In this document: piece after piece, positions 39,183 to 50,285 of the stretch
Layout of the letters: the number at the start of each line of letters is the position of its first letter
How positions within the stretch are numbered: the stretch's first letter is position 1
Source of the DNA: an uncultured delta proteobacterium
GTDB lineage: Bacteria; Desulfobacterota; Desulfuromonadia; Geobacterales; DSM-12255
Direction of reading: 5' to 3'
DNA length: 64,000 bases
Assembly: GCA_963787125.1 (NCBI GenBank)
Contig: CAWBBV010000012.1
Coordinates: forward strand, 192,001-256,000
The notes under the pieces: model-generated
Database searches by the model: none
Told to the model about the DNA's origin: nothing
The model's input: only the letters and a program-made list of their open reading frames with translations
Translations under genes and position numbers: made by a program

Positions 39183-40294
39183 GAACTAAATATTTTCTGT
39201 TTAAAAACCGGTAACAGATATTGCCAGTTATCGATGGGGCAATTCGTCATGCTGAAGCGCAGATTTGAGTCCATGCCGCAAAAGCACTTTAAACATTCAG
39301 GCTTTATCTTTCCATTTTTCAACTGTTTTTTATCAGGAACCTGCAAACGGAGAAGATCTTTTAGTTTGCTTTCTCTAATATTACCAAAACCAGGCAACAG
39401 GGAACATAGTTGCACATTTCCGTTGTGGCGAATATTTATCCTGTTAAATGCCACAATACATCTGAATTTATTAATCATGCCGTGATAGAAAACTTCATTA
39501 TTACGATGGTTTTCAAAATATTGATAAATCCATGGAGTTATCCGGTCAATATTAGTTTTAATGCCACTTTTTTTTGCATCAACTGCAACTTTTGCAAAAA
39601 CGCTTTTTAACGCATCAAAATCTTCCGGTTGCAGCATCAAATCACTTTTCCCAGGCTTTACATTTAATTCGGGGTAATTTGGCGCATCAGAAACGGGTTG
39701 AAAATCGATGCGGTCAAAAGAGTAACGTTTTGCCAAATCAACAAGTCCGGGAAACCCACTGTAATTTTGTCTAGTTATAACAACGGTAAAAGATTTTTCT
39801 GTTTTTTTAAGTGATGATAATTTCTCCAAACTGTCCATGGCCAACTTGAACGCACTTGAATTGTTTCTCATCATATTGTGTTGCTCGGGTACTGCTGAAT
39901 CTATTGATATCGCAATGCTGTCAACGCACTCATCGATGACTGTCAGAGCTTCAGTCGATAATTTGTGGGGTAACGAACCATTGGTAATGGTGTCAATATG
40001 AATTCCTTTTTTTGCATAATACTGAACAAGGTCAAGGAAATCCTTTCTCATTAACGGTTCACCACCCCCCATGAAAACATCATTAATATTTTCGCCGACC
40101 ATTTGATCTGCGAGATCGTACAACTCGGCAGTAGATAAATCGGTTGCCCCGTCAAGTTGTTGGCACTCACAAAAGATGCAGTCAAAGGTGCATTTGCCAG
40201 TCAGATTAATATCAACACAGTTATACTTAAGCTTGCCAAAGCGGTAGTCAAAATTTGTTTTAAGATTATCAAGTATCGAGTTAAGTAGTTGCAT
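39179..40294 (-). CDS. radical SAM/SPASM-type protein
   Basis: CTFDCIFC, GGGEP, C-terminal C..QLC..CLKCFC. Confidence 0.88.
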   Translation of the reverse strand: MQLLNSILDNLKTNFDYRFGKLKYNCVDINLTGKCTFDCIFCECQQLDGATDLSTAELYDLADQMVGENINDVFMGGGEPLMRKDFLDLVQYYAKKGIHIDTITNGSLPHKLSTEALTVIDECVDSIAISIDSAVPEQHNMMRNNSSAFKLAMDSLEKLSSLKKTEKSFTVVITRQNYSGFPGLVDLAKRYSFDRIDFQPVSDAPNYPELNVKPGKSDLMLQPEDFDALKSVFAKVAVDAKKSGIKTNIDRITPWIYQYFENHRNNEVFYHGMINKFRCIVAFNRINIRHNGNVQLCSLLPGFGNIRESKLKDLLRLQVPDKKQLKNGKIKPECLKCFCGMDSNLRFSMTNCPIDNWQYLLPVFKQKIFSS

Positions 40295-41726
40295 GTAAAC
40301 TCCCGTAAAATTTGTTATCTATTTCATATTCATTATAGAAAGCGTATTCCGGATTATCACGATGCAGATTCAGCAGCTCTCCCAGAGCCATACGGTCATT
40401 ATCAGTTGATTTGCCGAAAGTCCGGTAGCCCTGAACGGACAGCTCCATTAGAAATAACATCATCAATTGGGGATACAATTCTTTATCAAAACCGAGTGAA
40501 ACTATGAAATTCTCGAGTTTCCTGTGGGCAAGACAACATACTTCATCTGTGCGTTCAAAAAACTGTCTAAGCGAAACTACATAATCCTGAATACCGTTTC
40601 TACCTACCCGGTATTCAAGCACGGCCGATATCATCATCCAGTAATAATCAAAGAGTGGAGAGCTATTCTCAGTTGCTCGTTCCCAGTCTATCGCTATCAA
40701 TTGATCGCCGTTTAAAATGAAATTCTCCGGCCAGAGGTCGTTATGAGCTGTAACGGTAATAAGCCCCTTATACTCATCATCAAGGATCGCTATTAATCTT
40801 TCGGCACCTGTTGACAGAGATTGAAAGTCAGGCTTGTCGCTGTGGCAAGCTGTAAATGAATCTAGAGTTGCACCATAAAACTGCGAAAAAGGTACTTTTT
40901 CAGAGGTGAACCCGGATTTATACTCTGCATACCAACTATCGAGACGTTCCAGCACGGATGCCGCTCCTTTGAACGCATTGTGCCTGCCAAAGTCAAGCAA
41001 TACCCATCTGAGGTTCTCTCCGCACAAATAATTTTCAATGAAAAAGCATCTATCATTGGCCTTGAATTGACGCTGTAAAGACGGCACTAATTCAGGTTTT
41101 CTCAAAAACTGCCTGACTCTGTTTACCGCGGCACTTTCAATTTGAAGTTTTTTGGCATATTCCGGAATTGCTGTTGTTTTGAAAAGTTGTCCAGAACCTG
41201 TCAGAAAAGTCTCACTTTTAGTAAATATAAGTTTTCCGGCGGCATTTGAAAAAAACATGAAATCAAGAGAGGTAATTTCCGGCTCAATACTCTCTGACAC
41301 AGCTAAATCGGCATTCCCGATAACAATAAATCTTTGTTCAGCACGCCACACAGGTGATAACAGGCTTAAAAACCAGCGTAATCTGCCAGTTATCAGATGA
41401 ATATGGCGTTTTGTAAAAGCCCGATAACCATCAACTCTATTAGCATGAAAAAAAGATGAAAGAATCCAGTCATTTATGTACAGAACCCTTCTTACCCTTT
41501 CTTTTCTATACTTAAATCTTACTACCAGCGACCAAAACAGATAGCTCAACAAGTTTTTACGGGGAAAACGGTAGACAATGTTTTGGGACTTTCCGGTTTC
41601 ATCCGACCTGGTCTCAGCAGTACACTTTGAAATTCCAGTGGTTACAAAGATCCACCGATCCGCGTCCAGGCTAAATGTTGGGTCTAGAAAAACCAGTAAA
41701 TTTTTCTCTACTTCAGTCAAGCTCAT
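40281..41726 (-). CDS. APH/choline-kinase-like phosphotransferase
   Basis: HNDLWPEN and IDWE motifs. Confidence 0.8.
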   Translation of the reverse strand: MSLTEVEKNLLVFLDPTFSLDADRWIFVTTGISKCTAETRSDETGKSQNIVYRFPRKNLLSYLFWSLVVRFKYRKERVRRVLYINDWILSSFFHANRVDGYRAFTKRHIHLITGRLRWFLSLLSPVWRAEQRFIVIGNADLAVSESIEPEITSLDFMFFSNAAGKLIFTKSETFLTGSGQLFKTTAIPEYAKKLQIESAAVNRVRQFLRKPELVPSLQRQFKANDRCFFIENYLCGENLRWVLLDFGRHNAFKGAASVLERLDSWYAEYKSGFTSEKVPFSQFYGATLDSFTACHSDKPDFQSLSTGAERLIAILDDEYKGLITVTAHNDLWPENFILNGDQLIAIDWERATENSSPLFDYYWMMISAVLEYRVGRNGIQDYVVSLRQFFERTDEVCCLAHRKLENFIVSLGFDKELYPQLMMLFLMELSVQGYRTFGKSTDNDRMALGELLNLHRDNPEYAFYNEYEIDNKFYGSLHATT

Positions 41727-43063
41727 ATGGATTGCGTTGCAAGATCAAGATTATTACCGGTAGTCACCTCAATTGACGCTTGCGCTCTTTTGGAAACAAT
41801 TAACCTGTAGAGAATTGCAGCAAGTACAATCTGCACATATATTTCAACTGACATGGCTGCATCTATAGAGAGAATGCATACTGCAAATCCGGTAATACCT
41901 GCGCAAAGTCCACAGAGATAAAATAGTTCTGCGTCATGTGCGGTTTCAATAAATAATTTTCTGGTTTTCAACCCGAGAGAAATTCCTCCTGAAATCAGCA
42001 GAATAAACGGCAGTGCACCGATAATTCCACAATCCGACAGCAACTGGATATACGTATTATGGGTAACTTTTTTGCTGTCAGGCCTGAAAACTGAACCTCT
42101 AAATTCGTCTTCAAGGTCGGGAAAACGATCTTCATATTTCATTTTAGCGACGGGGTAGGTCAGAAAACCTGTACCTACCAAGGGATTATCGGCGAAAACC
42201 ATCAATCCGGCTTTCCAAAGAGTAATTCGGTCCGAAGCGGATCCTTGAAATTCTTCGTTGCCTGCCATAGTCTGCATCCTATCCAGGTACTGCTGCGTAG
42301 CAAACGGCATAACAGCAACAGAGAAAACGGCTATAATCTTGAGTATCGTTAATGGTTTCCTTGAATAAAACGCAAAAACTGCCAAAGATACGACTAGACC
42401 GATCAGTCCAGCCCTTGACTGTGTACAGATGATCAAGGCCACCATAAGCGCTGTAAGTCCCATATAAAACCAGTATTGGGACCGTCTTTCACTGGCAAAA
42501 GCTCTGGACAGTGCAACCGGCATAAAGAGAATAAAAGTAGCAGCGACACCGTTAGAGTCTCCCCAGGCGCTCCCTCCAAGACCCTCAAGCCGCTCGTTCC
42601 CGCGAAAATGCTGATCAATACCCCAGACTGCCACAAAAGAAAAACATCCAATCATGACACTTTGAATTTTCCTGAAATCGTCAAGATCATTCACCAGCAG
42701 AAAAAGAAAAACACAGATGCCGAATGTTTTAAAAAACTCGAAAACATAGTAATAGCCGCGAAATATCTCATATTGTGCCATCATGACTGACAGAAGAATC
42801 GCTCCAAACAGCCAGATCATTAAAACGGTTTCTTTCCGAAACGCCTGACCGAACCTTGTCACAAAATCCCCTCTTAAAAGCATCCCGACAAATGTTGTAA
42901 TATAGTAAACCATGAAGACATAACTACCGGTTTTACTGCCCCAAAAGATCATTTCAGGCCGAACAACTGTAGCCCCAAGGTAAATGGCCATCCCCAGGAG
43001 AGGGCGTTTCAATACAAACGGAATCGAGATAATAACCAGTACCAACAAGACCCATTCTCTCAT
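41723..43063 (-). CDS. O-antigen ligase/Wzy-like protein (exosortase A-associated type)
   Basis: Many TM helices, TQSRAG, NPLVGTG, HNTYIQ. Confidence 0.88.
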   Translation of the reverse strand: MREWVLLVLVIISIPFVLKRPLLGMAIYLGATVVRPEMIFWGSKTGSYVFMVYYITTFVGMLLRGDFVTRFGQAFRKETVLMIWLFGAILLSVMMAQYEIFRGYYYVFEFFKTFGICVFLFLLVNDLDDFRKIQSVMIGCFSFVAVWGIDQHFRGNERLEGLGGSAWGDSNGVAATFILFMPVALSRAFASERRSQYWFYMGLTALMVALIICTQSRAGLIGLVVSLAVFAFYSRKPLTILKIIAVFSVAVMPFATQQYLDRMQTMAGNEEFQGSASDRITLWKAGLMVFADNPLVGTGFLTYPVAKMKYEDRFPDLEDEFRGSVFRPDSKKVTHNTYIQLLSDCGIIGALPFILLISGGISLGLKTRKLFIETAHDAELFYLCGLCAGITGFAVCILSIDAAMSVEIYVQIVLAAILYRLIVSKRAQASIEVTTGNNLDLATQSI

Positions 43064-43098
43064 CTGATCACCCCACTCACTTTAAATTTTCATGCTAT

Positions 43099-44208
43099 TT
43101 AACACTGACAGTATCGCTTCTGAAATTGCTGCATAAAAGTGTATAGCCTTGAATTCCTGACAGCTTTGATACTCCGCCCATAAAGAGAACAGTTATAGAT
43201 TGTTACCTCATGAGCTGTTTCTGACTCATTAGCGTAGTAATCCTTATAGTCACCTTCACCTTCCAAACTGAACCTGTTGATCCCACCATCCTCGATAAGC
43301 CTCTCAATGGTTTTACAGAACAACACCCTGCCGACAGAAATATTTCGCAAAGACTCATCATAGGCCGTGTCGACGAGGTGATAGGTTTGTCCTCGCAGGC
43401 AGCCAAGCAAGTAAGCAACCGGCTTATTGCCTGCAAGCAAAACAACAAACTCTTCTCCGCCCTTCTCACGACAGGCTTTAGTAAGATGGCCGTATAAACT
43501 GGACTTCTCAATTTCATTAAAATGACTCTTGCCTGCTTTGAACTGCCAGCTTTTTTGTGCAACCTCCGCACACAGAAGCAGAGCCCGCTCTGCCTGGCTA
43601 TAAGCCGGCAGGATTTCGATAGTAACCGGCCCTTCCAGTGCCAATCGTTTGAGTGCATTTTTCAGATTGTTGCGAAACTTGCTCGACCTGGAGGCAAGAT
43701 AATCGCCATAGGTTTTCGGCAGGACAACGTAATGTTCTTTTGAAGGGGTAATGTCGGAAAGAAAATTGAGCCCCCGTGAAACGTCTCTCAATTCGTTCTG
43801 GAATCTCGCAAGAGTTACCCTTTTGAAGTTCGTTACATCCCAGCCGTGCCTGGACTTCAGATCGGCAAAAACTGCTTGAACGGTCTGCTCAGCTTCACTG
43901 CCGAGAAGAAAATCATCGCTGCCAATTCCCCTGCCAAGTGCCTGCAGCATCCTGACCCAAAAGCCCCCAAAGTTCTCTTTTTTAATTAAAAGTGGTGCAA
44001 TTGCAACAATTTTGCCACTGGCCGAGGCTCTTTGAATGTATATCAGCGCCGATTCGCCGGGCATGTGTGTAGCCCAGAAAGCGGAAAGCCATGAGTGGGT
44101 TCTGGCATAATTTTCCGGAAAACTGTGGTCCATAAAATGATCCCACTCAGAACGGATCAATTGAAACTCCTGGTAACTTTGCAAACACTCTAATCGCAGA
44201 CTACTCAT
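43099..44208 (-). CDS. GNAT acyltransferase (CelD/BcsL-like)
   Basis: YLASRSSKFRNNL, TAYDE, EGEGDYK. Confidence 0.82.
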   Translation of the reverse strand: MSSLRLECLQSYQEFQLIRSEWDHFMDHSFPENYARTHSWLSAFWATHMPGESALIYIQRASASGKIVAIAPLLIKKENFGGFWVRMLQALGRGIGSDDFLLGSEAEQTVQAVFADLKSRHGWDVTNFKRVTLARFQNELRDVSRGLNFLSDITPSKEHYVVLPKTYGDYLASRSSKFRNNLKNALKRLALEGPVTIEILPAYSQAERALLLCAEVAQKSWQFKAGKSHFNEIEKSSLYGHLTKACREKGGEEFVVLLAGNKPVAYLLGCLRGQTYHLVDTAYDESLRNISVGRVLFCKTIERLIEDGGINRFSLEGEGDYKDYYANESETAHEVTIYNCSLYGRSIKAVRNSRLYTFMQQFQKRYCQC

Positions 44209-45278
44209 AGATTCCCCTTGGCAGCGCTGTTTGAGTTGAGTGATCCTCTGGTCATGGCCATAATGGAATGCAAAGCACCTGAGGCATTACATGAAAAATA
44301 TTGCGGTTCAGAAGTTGCGTCGTTGCCGGCCGGAACTCTGCCGATTGACATGCCGTTCCCAAAAGTCCATTCAAATAAGGAGTTTTCAGTTGTAAAGGCA
44401 CATGAATAACCAGCCTTGCGGAGATGTTTAAACTGATCGGTACGGAAATCATCATGAGGTTTTCCATTCGGAAAACAAAATGCTGCGATTTCTTTTCCAA
44501 GTTGGTTTTCCAGAGTCTGTTTAGGAATTACTATCTCCCGCTCCCATTCGTCATCAAGCAACTCTGTCAGGATGCGATGTGTCGCCGTATGAACTCCAAA
44601 TTCAATCAGCCCGGATTGATCCATTCTACTGACATCTTCCCAGTCCAGCAGACCAAAATCAGCCAGAAGCGAGACACGATCAAGCTGAACTTCCGCCCTG
44701 AGTGAGGTCATCTGTTGCTCTCTTTTTTCAAGTCCTGAACGCTTCATGGACTCTACTAAAATCCGGTAGCACTCCCAGACCTGCCCTTTTTGCAACAGTG
44801 CAAGGGCTGGTAAATCAGGAATAGATGGACTGATCCTCTGAGCTGCTGCCTCTTTCAGCAAAAAAAACAGTTCATCAAACCAGAAAACCTCTTCTGAACC
44901 GATCAGATCTACGGTCAGAAAGATGGCTGCAGGAAGCTTTAATGCCAGTAAATGCGGGAAAGCAACCGAGTAATTATTTTTCAAGCCATCGTCAAAGGTT
45001 ATGAGCACCGCACGATCAGGTAACGTGGATTCTCCTTTGATAGCCGCGATAACATCAGTCAGAGAGACAGGATGATACTGCTCAGCAAGGAACTGCAGCT
45101 GTTGCCTGAATATCGCCACCGGCAGTTGAGTCCATATTGGTGGATCATAGTCATTATTCGTAACCCCGTGATACATAACCACCAGGAGCTTCTTTCTGTT
45201 GATATAGCGGAAAAGACGCGCAACGCCCAGGAAATCGGCTGATTTGACAAATGACTGTTTCAGCCCGGAAAGGTGCAT
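44205..45278 (-). CDS. polysaccharide deacetylase
   Basis: MYHGV, ITFDDG, GVHTATH, FCFPNG. Confidence 0.92.
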   Translation of the reverse strand: MHLSGLKQSFVKSADFLGVARLFRYINRKKLLVVMYHGVTNNDYDPPIWTQLPVAIFRQQLQFLAEQYHPVSLTDVIAAIKGESTLPDRAVLITFDDGLKNNYSVAFPHLLALKLPAAIFLTVDLIGSEEVFWFDELFFLLKEAAAQRISPSIPDLPALALLQKGQVWECYRILVESMKRSGLEKREQQMTSLRAEVQLDRVSLLADFGLLDWEDVSRMDQSGLIEFGVHTATHRILTELLDDEWEREIVIPKQTLENQLGKEIAAFCFPNGKPHDDFRTDQFKHLRKAGYSCAFTTENSLFEWTFGNGMSIGRVPAGNDATSEPQYFSCNASGALHSIMAMTRGSLNSNSAAKGNL

Positions 45279-45280
45279 GG

Positions 45281-46447
45281 TTAACCCTCCCACAACTGAG
45301 TTCCCGAACCTGTGTCAGATGCGACAAGTCCGTTATACATCGCCTGGTACTTTATCAGGACCGCAGCGACATTGAAGCTGTCGAGAATTCTTGCCCTGGA
45401 CGCTTTTTTCATCTTTGCAAGCTCATCGTAACAACTCAAACAACGATCAAGATTTGCAGTCATTGCCAGACGATCAGAGCATGGGGAAAGGAAGCCGTTC
45501 AGCCCGTTTTTAATAACCGTGGAATTACCACCTACATCGGTGACAACTGCGGGAACACCGCAGGATTGGGCTTCCAGGAGCGAAAGTGAGGTGCCTTCAG
45601 ATAAGGAGGGGAGAACGAAAATGTCAAATAGAGGATAAATCTTGTGAAGATCATACTGCATCCCCATAAAGGTGACATGTTTTTCTATCCCCAGCTTTTC
45701 AGCCAGAATATTCAGATAGCTTCTTTCTCCGCCACTACCTACCAGAACCAGGTGGCAATCGTGTCTGCCGGAGCTGATCAGGTTAGCGAATGAATTCAGT
45801 AACAGCGGATAATTCTTTATCTTTTCAAGTCGGCCGACAGAACCTATGATTCGTTTGTTTGTTGGCAATTTGTAGGCTGCTCTGAAATCTGCCAGCAGCT
45901 GTTTTTCTTCAATAGGCTTGTATCTGTTTGTATCAATGCCATTAATAATGACGTCTGTTTTAGCCGCTGCGACCCTTTGCCTTGACTTCAAATCGGCAGC
46001 GATTTGCTCAGAAACCGCAACTATTTTATCGGTTAAAAGGCAGGAGAGAAATTCTTCAACCCTTGCCTGTAGTCCCGAAGTAACCGGCATACCATGTACT
46101 GTGTATACAAGCCCTTTCACCCCTGCCAACTTTCCGATAATTGAACTGTACAGGAAACAGCCGCCATGTGAATGGACGACGTCCGCTTGAATATGTCTCA
46201 AAAATTGAGCAGCTCTCCAGAGAAACATGAAATCATACTTGTAGCGCTTGTTAAATAAATGCACAGCAACACCGCAATCAGCCAGAGATTTACTATACAG
46301 ATCGTCATAACCGTTCAGACAAATAACTGTGGCTGTGAAAGCCTCTTTATCAAGATTACGACAGAACTCGACGATAAAACTTTCCAGACCGCCGATTTCC
46401 AGGTGCTGTGTTATATGCACTATATGGATTTTCTTTTTTACAATCAT
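45281..46447 (-). CDS. GT4 glycosyltransferase
   Basis: GGLE, VGRL..IKN, PSLSEG...LLEA. Confidence 0.93.
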   Translation of the reverse strand: MIVKKKIHIVHITQHLEIGGLESFIVEFCRNLDKEAFTATVICLNGYDDLYSKSLADCGVAVHLFNKRYKYDFMFLWRAAQFLRHIQADVVHSHGGCFLYSSIIGKLAGVKGLVYTVHGMPVTSGLQARVEEFLSCLLTDKIVAVSEQIAADLKSRQRVAAAKTDVIINGIDTNRYKPIEEKQLLADFRAAYKLPTNKRIIGSVGRLEKIKNYPLLLNSFANLISSGRHDCHLVLVGSGGERSYLNILAEKLGIEKHVTFMGMQYDLHKIYPLFDIFVLPSLSEGTSLSLLEAQSCGVPAVVTDVGGNSTVIKNGLNGFLSPCSDRLAMTANLDRCLSCYDELAKMKKASRARILDSFNVAAVLIKYQAMYNGLVASDTGSGTQLWEG

Positions 46448-46456
46448 TTCGTCCGG

Positions 46457-47614
46457 CTACCTTTCCAGTGAATTGGTGAAAATACCCGCCACTATTCTCA
46501 TCTCATCCGCTGCGAGTTGCTGGTGAATTGGAAGACCGATAACATCAGCTGAAAGCGCGGCAACTTCCGGGAAATCTCCAAAATTAACCAGCGGATGCGG
46601 ACGCCTGGCAAAAACATATGGGACAACACCCTTGCTGATCATTCTGGCGACTACAGCATCTCTCTCTTTGACATTCAGAGGGAAACAGAGCGGACATGTC
46701 CCTTCAGGCAGTTCAGGAAAAATGAAATCTTCGCCAAACTCAGCAAACAGATTTTTTTGAAGGTCACTGTAATTTTTCCTCCTGGAGGTGATAATTCCAG
46801 TGAAATCATCGCTTCCCAGGAAAATTTCAGAGAGCATTGAGATATTTTTGTCATAACCAAGCAAAGGCTCATCGTAATACCACCTGTCGTCACCAACAGT
46901 TGCTTCGCCAGTCGTGCCCACAGTGGAGAGATACTTGGAATAGAGTGTCAATAACGTTCCCGAGACTGCCGCCGTGCAGCCATTACCACTATATTCCTTT
47001 TCCAGAATTGACCTGATCATCGTCTTTAGTAATCTCCAATCAAAACCACCAACCCCTTTTGCCGGAGAAGCAAACCTTTTGTTATTTAGTCGCAGAGCAC
47101 CGCCATTCGGCAGGAAGACAGTTTTTCTCATACTGAATAAACTCATATCACCTTCTATCCCGACCCAATTACCTTCATTAGTTCGCGAATACAAGGCATG
47201 GGCACAATCCTCTATGAGTACGATCTCTTTTTTTCGGCAAATCTCTTTTAATTCAGTTAAATCCTGAGGAAAACCGAAGTAATGAGCAACAACAACAACC
47301 CTGGTACGTGAGCGTATTTTTTCATTAATCTGGTCAATATTCAGGCTTAACTCATGATTGACACCAAAAAAATCAACCTTGAATCCGGCTCTTAAAGCAG
47401 CCTCAACCTCTACTCCGCAATTATATGCCGGCAGCAAAACTTCACTCTCCAGGGGCATATCCAGACTCTTTAGCGCATGAAACAAAGCGGCTCGGCCCGA
47501 AGAGTAGTAACTGGTTATTGATTCCGACAGAACAGGGTCATTTTGTTTACAAAATGAAAATATCTTGCGGACGTCAAGAGCCGGGAATGCTTGAATTGGC
47601 TGTAAACTATTCAT
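46457..47614 (-). CDS. DegT/DnrJ/EryC1-like PLP aminotransferase
   Basis: SGRAAL, HYFG, IEDCAHA, FSMRKT. Confidence 0.88.
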   Translation of the reverse strand: MNSLQPIQAFPALDVRKIFSFCKQNDPVLSESITSYYSSGRAALFHALKSLDMPLESEVLLPAYNCGVEVEAALRAGFKVDFFGVNHELSLNIDQINEKIRSRTRVVVVAHYFGFPQDLTELKEICRKKEIVLIEDCAHALYSRTNEGNWVGIEGDMSLFSMRKTVFLPNGGALRLNNKRFASPAKGVGGFDWRLLKTMIRSILEKEYSGNGCTAAVSGTLLTLYSKYLSTVGTTGEATVGDDRWYYDEPLLGYDKNISMLSEIFLGSDDFTGIITSRRKNYSDLQKNLFAEFGEDFIFPELPEGTCPLCFPLNVKERDAVVARMISKGVVPYVFARRPHPLVNFGDFPEVAALSADVIGLPIHQQLAADEMRIVAGIFTNSLER

Positions 47615-47657
47615 CAGTTGTACCCATGACGGCTAAAAATTCTAAAATTTCCGTCTG

Positions 47658-50285
47658 TTAGAGATCCTGAAGCCGGGCTTTTAACCAGCAGATCTCCCGA
47701 TCCAGACTGAAATTTCGCGCGGAGCGATTGATTTCATCAATAACTCTATGAATAACGGAAAATACGGTCAGTAACGGTGTTGGTCTACCTGAAGATTGCT
47801 GCAGCGTTTTCTGGCGCAGAGGTTCTGTCAGGGGCTCATGAAGCCTTGCTCCAACCCAGCCATTTTGCAACATGAGCGCTACCGGTCTAACCAAACAGCT
47901 TGTTGTATGCCGGGCCAGCCCTTCCTGCGCTGCAGTATAAAAGTATTGTGCTTTGGCAACAAAAGCATCCCGCCTTTCAGGAGCGGTATACTTGGCAGCA
48001 TGATGGAAGATTACGCTTTTACGAAGATCCTGGGCCGGCCAGGTCTCATTGGGATATTCGAGGACTTCCGGTTTGTCAAGATAGGGGTATTCGTGTTGGA
48101 GCATCCAGTCTGCATAGTGCAAAAGACAGCTTCTGGCATAAAAATAGCCATCATCATAGGCAGTTAATTCGGCCTTTTTATCAATATATCTGGAGACTGC
48201 TACCAGTAAAACCGTATATGACCAGGCATTTTCTGCGTCCAGAAGATCACGGGCGGCAATATCATCTTCTGGATGAATGGCGCCCCTGAGGAGCTCTTCG
48301 GCCCGCTCAAGAAAACAGATTCCTCCACCAACTTCAAACGCGTCAAGACAGGCGACAACAGCGTTGCCTGTGCCCCTGCTAAGTGGATAACGCGGAAAAG
48401 CAGGTGTTATCTCGCCACGTACTGCTGTCAATTGCCTGATGTACCGTGTCCACCTTCTTATGGACGCCAGCATTGTTTGTGAGCCACCAAGGGATAGGAG
48501 ACACCAATTGGCCAGCGCAATAACTGCTTCACGGTAAGCAGTGTTACCCGTCAGGAAGTAGTTGTATAAAAGTCCGCTGGTGTAGCAATGTTCGGCAGCC
48601 GGACCACCACCACAAAAAGCGCGATCCTTCACCTGAAGATGCTCTTTGGAAAATGAGCGGTGGGTTGACAATCCGGCAGGGACATAATGATCCGTATGCC
48701 AGAAGAGACCGCCATTGTACTCTTCGCGGTCCAGATCAGTATGGTAGATGTCAATATCGAGGATGTGTCCTGCCAGGTCTGCAGCCAGAGTGCCCCAGAG
48801 TGGATTCCCTGTTGAGAAAAACTTGCGGTACATGCCGGCGCAGATGTCGTACTGATTATTGTAATGAGAGATGAATGCTTCCGGGCCCTGGTGATACACA
48901 GACTCGTGATCGGCTGATAACTCACCGAAATTACGCCAGCCGAACTCATCAGTTGTCTCCCTGTTGCCAACAAGGAATTCGGGCCCGTGCACAAACTGGT
49001 CAACAAGGTCAACATCATCAGAATCGCACGACTGAAGTGACGGCAAATCCGGAATTACTCCGGAGCTAAGATACACTTCGGCAGCTGTGACAGCAGTCAA
49101 GGGAGTCCTTGCCCAGGCAAGACCTTCGGCTGATGTGTTAAAATCAAGATACAATGATGTTGTCTTCTGCTCCCCACCTTGAAGTTCATGACTGTCTGGA
49201 GAGCAAGCTGGGAAAAGGCTTATGCGCAGCCCATTTCCATCAGCCTCCATAGCCTTGGGAAATTCCTGCCAGAACTTTGGCATGACTGCGGAAATCCCGC
49301 TATTACCCTTACCCGACCAGATAACGGGTTGAGCTCGTTTTCCACCTGCAACCCTTGTCGCACCATTACACATCTCGTATCCGTTGAATTTGAAAGGCAC
49401 AACTCCATTTCGGTCTCTGTGGTTCGGACTTTGCCAATTAATGCCGCCACTCGATTCTTGATAGATCGATACCCGGTCGGATAAATTGTCAGTGTGAAAC
49501 GGAGCTGCTCCCGGCTCAGGTGAGCAGCTGATTTCATTTACCCCTCCGGATATTAATGGAAACTCAAATACTAATTCTTTAAAGAAGAGAGAGCCTGGAT
49601 CGCCAAGATCCCATAAGCCGCCTGGATGACGGGCTGGACTCGGATTACGTAAGGTAAACTCCAGAAGGACTACGGAACTTCCTGCAAAGAAAGTTACTCT
49701 ACTGAAAAACTGAGGTGACAAACCCTCATAAGGCCAGAATACGCCTTTTATGAGGATAGTGGCGCGCAGTGGCCCATGGTTTTCAACTTCCAAAGATTCA
49801 ATAATGGGCGTCAACTTTTTATCGGCAGTCATGCCTAGTGAGCAGGCCGCTGCACCCGTTTGCAGAATCTTGCAACCGGAGATTTCTACGCTGGAAAAGG
49901 GGCGAAATTCTTTGGTATCAATGATAAAAATAGCAGCTCCGGTGTTTACCTGCCATCTGGCGTCACTACGGGCAATTTTTATACTGGCTGGAGTGTACGG
50001 AACCGCTACATCCGGCTTTACTAATCGATATTCTGAGCGACCTGAAGCTGTAACTTCCACTGTAAAATCAAACAGGCCCCATTTAACCGAACCGTCATTC
50101 CACTGTTTAAGTATAGTTGACTGAACCGGTTGCAACTCATCTCGAGGATTCAGAATAGCTAAACCGTTATCTCCAAGTAGTTCACCCTTGGCAAACGGGA
50201 TACCGACACGTACGGGTTCTGCGCTCCGGTTCACCCCCCCGGTTTCTGCAAAAACAATCTTCTTCTCCAGAGTATTTGTTACCAT
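47658..50285 (-). CDS. large putative polysaccharide lyase-like protein (exo-rhamnogalacturonan lyase-like)
   Basis: EPVRVGIPF, WNDGSVKW, FWQEFPKA, FGWRNFG, YNNQYD; TAATG coupling with the upstream gene. Confidence 0.65.
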   Translation of the reverse strand: MVTNTLEKKIVFAETGGVNRSAEPVRVGIPFAKGELLGDNGLAILNPRDELQPVQSTILKQWNDGSVKWGLFDFTVEVTASGRSEYRLVKPDVAVPYTPASIKIARSDARWQVNTGAAIFIIDTKEFRPFSSVEISGCKILQTGAAACSLGMTADKKLTPIIESLEVENHGPLRATILIKGVFWPYEGLSPQFFSRVTFFAGSSVVLLEFTLRNPSPARHPGGLWDLGDPGSLFFKELVFEFPLISGGVNEISCSPEPGAAPFHTDNLSDRVSIYQESSGGINWQSPNHRDRNGVVPFKFNGYEMCNGATRVAGGKRAQPVIWSGKGNSGISAVMPKFWQEFPKAMEADGNGLRISLFPACSPDSHELQGGEQKTTSLYLDFNTSAEGLAWARTPLTAVTAAEVYLSSGVIPDLPSLQSCDSDDVDLVDQFVHGPEFLVGNRETTDEFGWRNFGELSADHESVYHQGPEAFISHYNNQYDICAGMYRKFFSTGNPLWGTLAADLAGHILDIDIYHTDLDREEYNGGLFWHTDHYVPAGLSTHRSFSKEHLQVKDRAFCGGGPAAEHCYTSGLLYNYFLTGNTAYREAVIALANWCLLSLGGSQTMLASIRRWTRYIRQLTAVRGEITPAFPRYPLSRGTGNAVVACLDAFEVGGGICFLERAEELLRGAIHPEDDIAARDLLDAENAWSYTVLLVAVSRYIDKKAELTAYDDGYFYARSCLLHYADWMLQHEYPYLDKPEVLEYPNETWPAQDLRKSVIFHHAAKYTAPERRDAFVAKAQYFYTAAQEGLARHTTSCLVRPVALMLQNGWVGARLHEPLTEPLRQKTLQQSSGRPTPLLTVFSVIHRVIDEINRSARNFSLDREICWLKARLQDL

